Shown here in pieces: positions 1-7,693 of a stretch of DNA of 26,763 nucleotides. The stretch's first letter is position 1. The number at the start of each line of letters is the position of its first letter. Position numbers and translations under genes: made by a program. A model generated the notes under the pieces. That model worked only from the letters and a program-made list of their open reading frames with translations. It was not told the origin of the DNA and ran no database searches. The DNA is from Candidatus Heimdallarchaeota archaeon. Its GTDB lineage: Archaea; Asgardarchaeota; Heimdallarchaeia; JABLTI01. The stretch spans positions 1 through 26,763 of the forward strand of contig DXJV01000044.1 of NCBI GenBank assembly GCA_019056785.1, given 5' to 3'.

Positions 1-195
1 AGCGATAGCGACGGCGACGGTTGGAGCGATGGCAAGGAAGTTGCATGGGGCACTGACCCCTTGCGTGCACAAAGCACCCCTTATAGGAGGAAAATGTTTA
101 TCGCAATTACCGTTCCTCTCACCCTCCTTCTTATTTACGGAGCGATTGTAGCAGCTACAGTGAAGCGACTGAAAGATAGAACAAGGCTAACATAA
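1..195 (+). CDS. 3' end of a membrane-anchored surface protein with a Ca-binding DxDxDG (TSP3-like) repeat; 5'-truncated by the window
   Basis: Frame 1 is open from base 1 to TAA at 193-195: SDSDGDGWSDGKEVAWGTDPL...RRK-MFIAITVPLTLLLIYGAIVAATV-KRLKDRTRLT*. This gives a DxDGDGxxDxxE...GTDP repeat, one TM helix and a basic tail. Not in the ORF track. Confidence 0.8.
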   Translation, partial: SDSDGDGWSDGKEVAWGTDPLRAQSTPYRRKMFIAITVPLTLLLIYGAIVAATVKRLKDRTRLT

Positions 196-321
196 GCTTT
201 CAATGTGATTTTTAAAGAAGGGCATTGTTCCCAAGAGTTTTACCTTCCCATCTTTGGTAAAACTAACAGTTTCGCAAGTTTCTTAAAAGGGCAGTTTATC
301 ATTGATGTGTGTGAGATTAAG

Positions 322-2349
322 ATGAGCGACCAACTTGAAGCCTATATCTTAAAATTAGCCCGCTTAACAAATGAGGTTATTAAAAAATTGGGTCTAAAAG
401 GAGAAGCAACCATTCAAGAAGTGACGAAAAAATCGACTTTGAGTGATTTTTGTGTCCCCGTCTTCAAATTGGCAAAAGCAAATGGTAAAAATCCCATAGA
501 ATTAGCAAAGCAGATTGCAAGTGAAATGCCACAAGACATCTTATATCTCGAGGTTAAAGCAGAGGGTGGTTTTGTTAATTTCAAATTGAATCGTCAACAA
601 TGCTCACGAGAAATTTTAATGCACATTCTTCGTGAGCCGGCTTTTTACAAGAGTAAGCTCTATCATAAACAACGCATTATGGTTGAACATACTTCTGCAA
701 ATCCAAATGGACCAATTCATATAGGGAATTTTCGAGGGTCCATTATTGGTGATACCTATGCTCGAATTCTTAAAGCCGTTGGTGCTGAAGTGAAGACTCA
801 CTTCTATGTGGACGATTTAGGGCATCAAATACCTGTTGTAGTAATTGGCTATCAACAATTGAACAAGCATAAAAAAGTCAAGCCAAAGGAGAAAATTGAC
901 CACTTTTTGGGGAAAATTTACGGAATAACTCACACCATATATGACATCCAGAAATTAAAGCAAGAGCTGAAAGAGAAGTACCAATTCATTATTCCAGGGA
1001 CGCCCTATTGGTTAACAAAAGAAGAGCTCATAGCCCTCGACTCAAAAGAAGCCAAAGAGAGAATCCCTATACAAGAGTTGAAAGAATATCAAAAGAATTT
1101 CAAGTTCATCTTTGAAGTTCAAGAGGATATTTACCGTCGTTTTCCGGCATTATATGACGATTTACTTGAAAGCATACAAAAAGACAGGTTGGATTTACCG
1201 ACCATTATTCCTGAATTGAACAGGAAATATATTCAACAAGAAAAAGAAGCTGTTGCGATTGTTCGTTCAACATGTCAAAAGGTTATTGACGGGCAAAAAG
1301 AAGAGTTAGCTTTGTTCAACATCTTTCTCGATCAATTTGATTGGGAGGGGGAACTACAATGGTCCGGAAAGGTTGATTTTGTTTTAAAGCAATTGGAACA
1401 ACAAGGTTATCTCATCAAAGATGGAAAGGCGCGAATCTTTAATGCCAATAAAGCTGCTTCTCTTGAGGGGGCTCGAAGTTATCTGAAGCTTAAGGACGAT
1501 TATGAGGTTCCAAAGGCAATCCTTGTAACTTCCTCTGGGGACCCACTCTACCTCTTACGAGACATTGCTTATTCAATTGATAAAGTCGACCGCTATAAAA
1601 TGGATCGTGTCTTTAATGTTATAGGTAAGCCGCAGGAACTCACCCAAAAACATCTCAACCTTGCCTTGAGGGCACTTGGTCGAAGCGATATTGCCAATAA
1701 AATTGTTCATTTAAATTATGAATATATGGAGCTAAAAGGTGCACTCACGAGGATGAGTGCTCGACGATTGCAATACATTACCCCCCTTGAGTTATTCCTT
1801 AAAACGAAGAAAGCTGTATTAGAGACCTTCCTGGAAGAACGTGACTATCCTGAAGAAGAGAAAGAAGAAATTGCAACCACCATCGCAATTGGCGCGATTA
1901 AATATTCCATCATTGCCATTGGATTAATGAAAAAAATGATCTTTAATCCAGAAGAAGTGATTTCACTAAATGCTAACACATCGACATTCATTCAATATGC
2001 CTATGCAAGGACTCAGAATATTTTGATAAAAACAGATTTTAGCTGGAAAGCTTCTCTTGCTCGAAATCTTGCAGAGCTTCAAGAAGATGAAGAATGGGCA
2101 GTAATAATGGCACTTGCTAAGTTCCCGAAAATCATCCAAACAGCAGCTAAACAAATAAAACCAGAGTTAGTGTGTAGTTATTTATACGACCTTGCCAATC
2201 TTTACAATAAATTCTACGATAGCCATAGAGTGTTAGATGCACCAACAAAAGCTCTACAGATTGCTCGTCTGGCGTTAACTTTTGCTACCGGTGTCGTCCT
2301 TTCACAAGGATTGGCTTTATTGGGAATTCCCTCTCCAAAACGCATGTAG
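322..2349 (+). CDS. argS: Arginyl-tRNA synthetase (class I)
   Basis: Motifs VEHTSANPNGPIHIGNFRG (HIGH-like), YVDDLG, YLLRDIAY, RMSARR (KMSKS-like), FIQYAYAR, FYDSHRVL, LGIPSPKRM. ATG at 322 preferred over GTG at 205. Confidence 0.97.
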   Translation: MSDQLEAYILKLARLTNEVIKKLGLKGEATIQEVTKKSTLSDFCVPVFKLAKANGKNPIELAKQIASEMPQDILYLEVKAEGGFVNFKLNRQQCSREILMHILREPAFYKSKLYHKQRIMVEHTSANPNGPIHIGNFRGSIIGDTYARILKAVGAEVKTHFYVDDLGHQIPVVVIGYQQLNKHKKVKPKEKIDHFLGKIYGITHTIYDIQKLKQELKEKYQFIIPGTPYWLTKEELIALDSKEAKERIPIQELKEYQKNFKFIFEVQEDIYRRFPALYDDLLESIQKDRLDLPTIIPELNRKYIQQEKEAVAIVRSTCQKVIDGQKEELALFNIFLDQFDWEGELQWSGKVDFVLKQLEQQGYLIKDGKARIFNANKAASLEGARSYLKLKDDYEVPKAILVTSSGDPLYLLRDIAYSIDKVDRYKMDRVFNVIGKPQELTQKHLNLALRALGRSDIANKIVHLNYEYMELKGALTRMSARRLQYITPLELFLKTKKAVLETFLEERDYPEEEKEEIATTIAIGAIKYSIIAIGLMKKMIFNPEEVISLNANTSTFIQYAYARTQNILIKTDFSWKASLARNLAELQEDEEWAVIMALAKFPKIIQTAAKQIKPELVCSYLYDLANLYNKFYDSHRVLDAPTKALQIARLALTFATGVVLSQGLALLGIPSPKRM

Positions 2350-2537
2350 GCATTTTTCTTAGAAAAAAGGGTCATCTGATGGGTATTACCTTGATTAGCT
2401 TGTAGATAACACATTAATTTTTGAATGGAAAAAAGTCAATTATTTTATGAGTGGACGTGAAATTTCCGATCAAAGGAGTAGACAGTTCTACCTTCCACAT
2501 TCATTCACTCCATGAAAAGAATTAATGGTGCTGCTGC

Positions 2538-3836
2538 TTGGACAGAAGAGATTATTCGCCCAGGATTTCAGATAGGGAAGACTCCCTCCAGGATTTTGTC
2601 AGAACTATCGCCAAAAATCAACAGCCTTTCAAGAAAGAGCAGATTATTAAGCCCTTAGGGAAAACGAATTGTTATGTAATTGGTGTGGGCGGTGGTGGAA
2701 ATAATACAATAAATCGTTTGATGTCCACCGGAATTAAAGATGCCACATGTTTATGCATAAATACAGACCTCCAGCATCTCAATTCAGTCGCCTGTGATGC
2801 AACTTTATTGATAGGTAAGAAAACAACCCGTGGACTTGGGAGTGGCGGAAAACCTGAGCGTGGCCGAGCGGCAGCCGAAGAATCTCGAAATGAGATAAAA
2901 CGAACTATCTCTGATGCAGACATCATTTTTCTCACATGTGGGTTGGGTGGGGGCACCGGCACAGGGGCAATGCCACTTATTGCTGAGCTTGCAAAAGAAG
3001 CAGGTGCAATTGTTATCAGTGTTGTAACTATGCCTTTTACCATTGAAGGTAACCGAAAAGCCATTGCAGCAAAGGGTCTTGAGGAGTTGCGAAAATACTC
3101 AGACACATTGGTTATTATCGAAAATGATACGCTTCTCGACATTGTTCCTGATGTTCCAATAGAAGAAGCTTTTAGCGTCGCAGACGAAGTCCTGGCAAAT
3201 TACATTTATTCCATTATCACAACCGTTACTCAACCGGGCCTTATTTCAGTTGACTTTGCTGACTTGAAATCAATCATTACAAAAGGCGGAGTGACCGTTT
3301 GTGGTGTTGGCGAAGCGCGAGGAGAGGGGCGGGTTGCGAAAGCAGTTCAAAAAGCACTGGAATCGCCTTTAATCACAGTAAATTATAAGACCGGATCAGC
3401 TGCCCTAATAAACGTAATTGGTGGGTCAACAATGACACTGAAAGAAGCAAGCAGTGTTGTTGACATAATCCGGAAACAAATACAGCCTGATGCTGAAATC
3501 ATCTGGGGAACAAAAGTCGACCACGAATTAGGCGACATTCTTCGCATAACCGTTGTTATTTCCGGTGTTGAAAGCGAACAGATAACTGGGCGACATTCAA
3601 AACGAGCTCTTTCCAGCTTACAAGGACCACCGTATGATATTGTTGCCGGGAATGCCACACTCCCACTTTCTGAGCAAAAAGAAAACTGGCTTAATTCGTC
3701 GGAAAGACCAACCTTGCGCGATCTCCGTAAAAAACTCGAAGCAAAGGAGCAAAAAGAACGCGCTAAATATATTCGAGAGAAAGAAGAAACAACCGACTTT
3801 TGGGACGAGCTTGGAATTTCAAAAGGGTTAGACTAA
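2538..3836 (+). CDS. ftsZ: Cell division GTPase FtsZ
   Basis: Motifs VIGVGGGGNN, INTD, TTRGLGSGG, tubulin signature GLGGGTGTG, PFTIEG, DFAD, IIWG..VD..L...LRITVVISG. TTG start preceded by an SD-like GGTG. Confidence 0.96.
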   Translation: MDRRDYSPRISDREDSLQDFVRTIAKNQQPFKKEQIIKPLGKTNCYVIGVGGGGNNTINRLMSTGIKDATCLCINTDLQHLNSVACDATLLIGKKTTRGLGSGGKPERGRAAAEESRNEIKRTISDADIIFLTCGLGGGTGTGAMPLIAELAKEAGAIVISVVTMPFTIEGNRKAIAAKGLEELRKYSDTLVIIENDTLLDIVPDVPIEEAFSVADEVLANYIYSIITTVTQPGLISVDFADLKSIITKGGVTVCGVGEARGEGRVAKAVQKALESPLITVNYKTGSAALINVIGGSTMTLKEASSVVDIIRKQIQPDAEIIWGTKVDHELGDILRITVVISGVESEQITGRHSKRALSSLQGPPYDIVAGNATLPLSEQKENWLNSSERPTLRDLRKKLEAKEQKERAKYIREKEETTDFWDELGISKGLD

Positions 3837-3875
3837 CCTTCATCATACACTCTTGATTGCCCTTTTTTCAGCTGG

Positions 3876-3892
3876 AAGAAAAGCTTTTAAGA
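3876..3892 (+). promoter_or_regulatory. Putative archaeal BRE/TATA promoter for tRNA-Gln (and downstream genes)
   Basis: Purine-rich GAAAAG followed by CTTTTAAGA (TTTTAA at 3885-3890), about 37-42 nt upstream of the mature tRNA 5' end. Confidence 0.55.
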
Positions 3893-3926
3893 ATCAGCCG
3901 TCGTTGAGATTAGGTATGTTAGGTAG

Positions 3927-4035
3927 AGGCCCGTAGTGTAGGTTGAAAAGCTCTTTACAAGCATTCAAGCACAAAGGCCAATCATCCAAGTCTTTGGAAT
4001 TTGGGACGGAGGTTCGAATCCTCCCGGGCCTACCA
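3927..4035 (+). tRNA. tRNA-Gln(TTG) with a 33-nt non-canonical D-loop intron (3942-3974, position 15/16); CCA encoded
   Basis: Acceptor AGGCCCG 3927-3933 / CGGGCCT 4025-4031 (A1-U72), then A-CCA. Anticodon arm CAAGT-CT TTG GA-ATTTG (anticodon 3994-3996). T arm GGAGG-TTCGAAT-CCTCC. Removing 3942-3974 restores the D arm GTGT-AGAGGCCAA-TCAT. Confidence 0.93.
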
Positions 4036-4069
4036 TATACTGAAAAATGATTCTGAGTGGGTCTGACAC

Positions 4070-4633
4070 GTGTCTATGTCCATTTTTGTAGCAGGTGATT
4101 TTCACATACCTTCACGAGCGACAATGATGCTTCCTGAGTTTGAAAATATTTTGAAAAGTAAAAAATGGGACTATATTGTTTTAACAGGAGATTACACTCT
4201 TCCAGCTGTTATAGAGCATTTTATCCCTTTTGTGAAAACCGCCCGGCATTTATTCGCTTGCCGCGGTAATATGGACCACTTTTTTCTGGAAGAACAATTG
4301 ACTTTTTCTGTTTATGATCTTACATTTGGCGTCTATCATGGCACAGCTATTCATCCGCGAGGAGATATTGCTCAATTGAAGTCCCTCGCACAAAAATTGA
4401 AAGCAAAAATTCTTTTTACCGGTCATACTCATCAACAACTTGTTCATTTTAAGAATGACTGTCTTCTCTTAAATCCCGGCACCGCGACGGGTGCTTCCGG
4501 CGGCTCGAGTTGGACAGTCGATACGGGAATCTTGACTCTCGAGGTTTCAAAGGATAAAACCATTGCAGTAAAACAAATCTCCCTTTCAGACGGTTATAAA
4601 CTACAGACAGTGGAACAGTCGTTCCAATTATGA
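4070..4633 (+). CDS. Vps29/YfcE-like calcineurin-type metallophosphoesterase
   Basis: Motifs GDFHIPSRA, LTGDY, CRGNMD, YHGTAIHPRGD, LFTGHTH, LLNPGTATGA, in the pattern of the Vps29/MJ0936 family. Alternative ATG start at 4076. Confidence 0.88.
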   Translation: MSMSIFVAGDFHIPSRATMMLPEFENILKSKKWDYIVLTGDYTLPAVIEHFIPFVKTARHLFACRGNMDHFFLEEQLTFSVYDLTFGVYHGTAIHPRGDIAQLKSLAQKLKAKILFTGHTHQQLVHFKNDCLLLNPGTATGASGGSSWTVDTGILTLEVSKDKTIAVKQISLSDGYKLQTVEQSFQL

Positions 4634-4825
4634 AACATTTTTGGCTTTAACCAAGCATTTTTTGTCTATTTCTTGTTACTTTATCCCCAGAAGGTTTTTA
4701 ATGGTAAATTGCTCTTAGTTTTAAACTGTTACAAGCTCTCTCTAGGTAATATCTCGATACAGCTCAGAATATTCACTGTATTAAAAGAGGAACCACTCCA
4801 TATTAGTAATAGTAAATACTACTAG

Positions 4826-5356
4826 TTGGAGTTTGCTGAGGTGAACAAACTTTTGGAAAAACTCGATGCAGAACTTGCTTCTTTACAACAAGATGGCGAT
4901 ATTAGTGACAGTTTGGGACAATTTTTAGGCTTACATGATGATGTTCTTGGCATCGGGATCTATAACCTCTTTGGCAATTCCATTTTCACTACTTCAAAAG
5001 ATCAAAATGGTGAAGTTGGATTACATGCCTTTAAGTCCCTTTTAGGGTTGGTTGGAAATCAAATTGATTTTATTCTCCCACCTGAATCCAATGTTCAATT
5101 TATAGCCCCTGAAGATATTTTAATTGGTATCTCAAAAATCGGCCCAGATAAAATCTTTGCAGTGGTGCTTGAACGAGACGCGAAACTCGCTGCTCTGCTC
5201 CCCAACATCATCCAGATGGCAAAATTGTTGCGAGGAATTTCAAACAAAGCTTCTTCCCTCTCAAATGCACGTTGCATGGATTCATATCGCAAAACTATTG
5301 CCAGCCGTTCAAAGTCTTCGCCGCGTCGCAACCTTCTCCGGCGTCTAGCAGGTTGA
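4826..5356 (+). CDS. Roadblock/LC7 (MglB-like) domain protein with N-terminal helix and basic C-terminal tail
   Basis: Helix/strand pattern fits the roadblock fold: DSLGQFLGLH-DDVLGIGIYNLFGNSIFTT-(helix)-NVQFIAP-DILIGISKIG-DKIFAVVLERDAKLAALLPNIIQMAKLL. Fold assigned by eye only. Confidence 0.6.
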   Translation: MEFAEVNKLLEKLDAELASLQQDGDISDSLGQFLGLHDDVLGIGIYNLFGNSIFTTSKDQNGEVGLHAFKSLLGLVGNQIDFILPPESNVQFIAPEDILIGISKIGPDKIFAVVLERDAKLAALLPNIIQMAKLLRGISNKASSLSNARCMDSYRKTIASRSKSSPRRNLLRRLAG

Positions 5357-5368
5357 ACTTGCAAATTG

Positions 5369-5396
5369 CCTCCTCCCTCTCTTCTTTTTTTCTTTA
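5369..5396 (+). terminator. Putative pyrimidine/oligo-T archaeal terminator
   Basis: C/T-only tract ending in a T-run, starting about 13 nt after the stop at 5356. Confidence 0.35.
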
Positions 5397-5534
5397 TACA
5401 AAGCATTCTTTTAGTTTGCTTGTCACCTCAACTTTTGCGTTATTTATTAAATCTCCAGAATACCAAAAAGATTTTAATGTAATGATTGTGAAAAAAGAGA
5501 AACAAAGATAGGTAAAAAGTTAAAAATACTACTG

Positions 5535-7604
5535 TTGGATAATGAAGAAAACAAGAAGGTTTTACATATGACAAGTCGGAAAAACAAAGTGCTGTTCGTC
5601 TTTGCACTATTTGTAATAACAATTAATCTTTTTACAGTGGCTCAAATAGCAAGTGAGAAGTCGAATATTCCTTCGAATGAAGCAGTTCCCTCCACTCTAA
5701 ACAACCTTTCTGAACTGCCGGAAATGCCCCCACAGCTTTCAGCCTATAATGAGACAAATGTCCCTACTCTTAGCTTGTGGGATTTGACTATAAATGTTAC
5801 TCGTAGTGTTAGACTTCTTGATTTCGGTTATTTGACCATTAATGATACATACACTATTATTAAACATGATAATATTACTATGCCTGTTTTCCGATTTGCA
5901 TACCCGAAAAAATGGGCAGTCAATCTTGTTGATCTCCAGGCCAAAACAATGTGGGATGTAAAAATGCATGGGGAACAAGCACCCTTGAATAGAACAGAAG
6001 TTTATGTGGAACATGAAACCACTTACTTCACTTTTTATGCTGTAAAATTAACACCAGTTCTAACCAATAGCACTGCCTATAAGATCAACATAAACGGTGT
6101 CTTTCTCCGCACCTACAAGGTCTTTGATCACTATGTAGAAGAGGAAAAGAATTACTACAACGGTATTGTTTTCAACTATAGCCTTGTGCCTTTACTCACG
6201 AGCAAAATAACTCTCTGTAAGTCTTCCTTTAACAAAGCAGAAAACGGTGGAATCATTAATAATTTAGTCCAACCAGCTAACGGGACGATTGGCTCTGCAT
6301 CAGTAATTTTCGGTGATATGACAGACATCCGCCCCATGAACTTTAGCAAGCCTTACGATCCGAATGATGCTTCCTATCCTTACAGAGCACAGATAGGCGC
6401 TTATTTGCAACAATACCCACCTGTAGAAGCAATCAGCTATAAACGGACTATTGTCCTTGATAACTGGTACTGGGCAAATGTCCATGAAGAAATCACCATG
6501 ATGAACTATGGTATCAAACCACATGATGTTCAATGGAATTTACTTAATCCCCTCTATTATGCAACGTTCTCTTTAAGCAGATTCCACATCTGGATAGACA
6601 ATGCTGAAAATTATCATGCATATGATGACTTGTCAGAACTTACTGCTCCTGAGGGTTCACCTCTCGCGCAAAAAAACAGGTTAAACATTTATTTGCGCAT
6701 ACCACTCATGGGTGGGGATAGTGGAACCTACACGTTGGATTATTCTCTAAAACTAGAAGACATTTTGAAATATGAAAAAACAGAATACATCCTCAAAACA
6801 TTAGGAATCCCCCGCTGTGATTTCCACGTGCGTAATTTTGAACTTAAAATTGTCTTCCCACAAGGGGCACAATTCCAGTACATTACTTTTGGTAATGAAC
6901 CCGTGAGTTATAGTCAATCATTTGTCCCGGTCTTTATGAAACTTGGGAGAAGACAGAGTGTCAGTTTCACGGCGACTAATGTCACCTCCTTCGATGATAT
7001 CAACATAGCTGCTGCTTATTATATGTCCGACCTTGCCTACTTCATACAGCCTCTTATTTTTGCTGTGCTTATCTTCCTCATCTGTCTTATTTACATTGGT
7101 GTCAGGGTACTACGAAAGGACGTTATCGAAAGGGTAATTATTACTCCTGAAGAAAAGGTGGAAATCCCCATCGAACTCATTCAATCCTTCGTTGAGAAAT
7201 ACGAAGAAAAGACAGCGCTCGTCACCCGTATCAAACAACTGGATGATGACCGGCGCAAGAAGAAAATCAAGGCAAAAGAATATGACCAGCAACGAAAGAT
7301 CCTCGAGAGCAAAATGCGCGAGCTTATTAAAGAACTTGATAGTACAAAACGTGCCTTAAAAGAGAAAGGGCGGAAATATTATGCTGTTATTCAAAAGATC
7401 GAAATCAGCGAAGAGAAGCGTACAAGCGTAGAACGAAGCATCCAGGACTTGCGGATCAGATACATACGCGAAAAGCAAATCTCCAAAGATGCTTATCTGC
7501 GTATCTTGCGCGACTACCAAAATCAAATCGAAAAACACGAGCGTGACATTGATAAAGAAATCATTAATCTCCGTCTTTTAATTGAGCATGAAAGTAGTGA
7601 TTAG
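5535..7604 (+). CDS. Ribophorin I (OST1/RPN1)-like oligosaccharyltransferase accessory subunit
   Basis: N-terminal signal/TM segment. Duplicated lumenal motifs INVTRSVRLLDFG..INDTYTI and YKRTIVLDNWYWANVHEEI, plus AYDDLSEL, LRIPLMGGDSGTYTLDYS, ELKIVFPQGA, LGRRQSVSFTATNV. TM begins YFIQPL. Long charged cytosolic coiled coil and many N-x-S/T sequons. Alternative ATG start at 5568. Confidence 0.85.
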   Translation: MDNEENKKVLHMTSRKNKVLFVFALFVITINLFTVAQIASEKSNIPSNEAVPSTLNNLSELPEMPPQLSAYNETNVPTLSLWDLTINVTRSVRLLDFGYLTINDTYTIIKHDNITMPVFRFAYPKKWAVNLVDLQAKTMWDVKMHGEQAPLNRTEVYVEHETTYFTFYAVKLTPVLTNSTAYKININGVFLRTYKVFDHYVEEEKNYYNGIVFNYSLVPLLTSKITLCKSSFNKAENGGIINNLVQPANGTIGSASVIFGDMTDIRPMNFSKPYDPNDASYPYRAQIGAYLQQYPPVEAISYKRTIVLDNWYWANVHEEITMMNYGIKPHDVQWNLLNPLYYATFSLSRFHIWIDNAENYHAYDDLSELTAPEGSPLAQKNRLNIYLRIPLMGGDSGTYTLDYSLKLEDILKYEKTEYILKTLGIPRCDFHVRNFELKIVFPQGAQFQYITFGNEPVSYSQSFVPVFMKLGRRQSVSFTATNVTSFDDINIAAAYYMSDLAYFIQPLIFAVLIFLICLIYIGVRVLRKDVIERVIITPEEKVEIPIELIQSFVEKYEEKTALVTRIKQLDDDRRKKKIKAKEYDQQRKILESKMRELIKELDSTKRALKEKGRKYYAVIQKIEISEEKRTSVERSIQDLRIRYIREKQISKDAYLRILRDYQNQIEKHERDIDKEIINLRLLIEHESSD

Positions 7605-7619
7605 AATCTGATCACTACA

Positions 7620-7641
7620 ATTTTACTTCTTTTTTTTTCTT
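7620..7641 (+). terminator. Putative oligo-T terminator between convergent genes
   Basis: T-rich tract containing a long T-run shortly after the TAG at 7604. Confidence 0.35.
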
Positions 7642-7693
7642 GTTGGGATTTTATAGTCTTCTTATAGTTGAAATTTTGAGGAAACGATTTGAA

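Noticed and set aside
205-321. 39-aa N-terminal extension of ArgRS from the GTG at 205
   Set aside because: Reads like intergenic/promoter sequence starting 10 nt after the upstream stop. ATG 322 gives a normal ArgRS N-terminus.
950-1250. Apparent helical insertion in the ArgRS catalytic domain
   Set aside because: This region varies in length among archaeal ArgRS proteins, the frame is intact and there are no intein motifs.
3914-4040. Partial complementarity of the tRNA-Gln leader (GTATG..GGTAG) with the 3' end and trailer (CTACCATATAC), suggesting a permuted or split tRNA
   Set aside because: The tRNA is complete and colinear. The pairing is short, competes with the acceptor stem and forms no clear terminal BHB.
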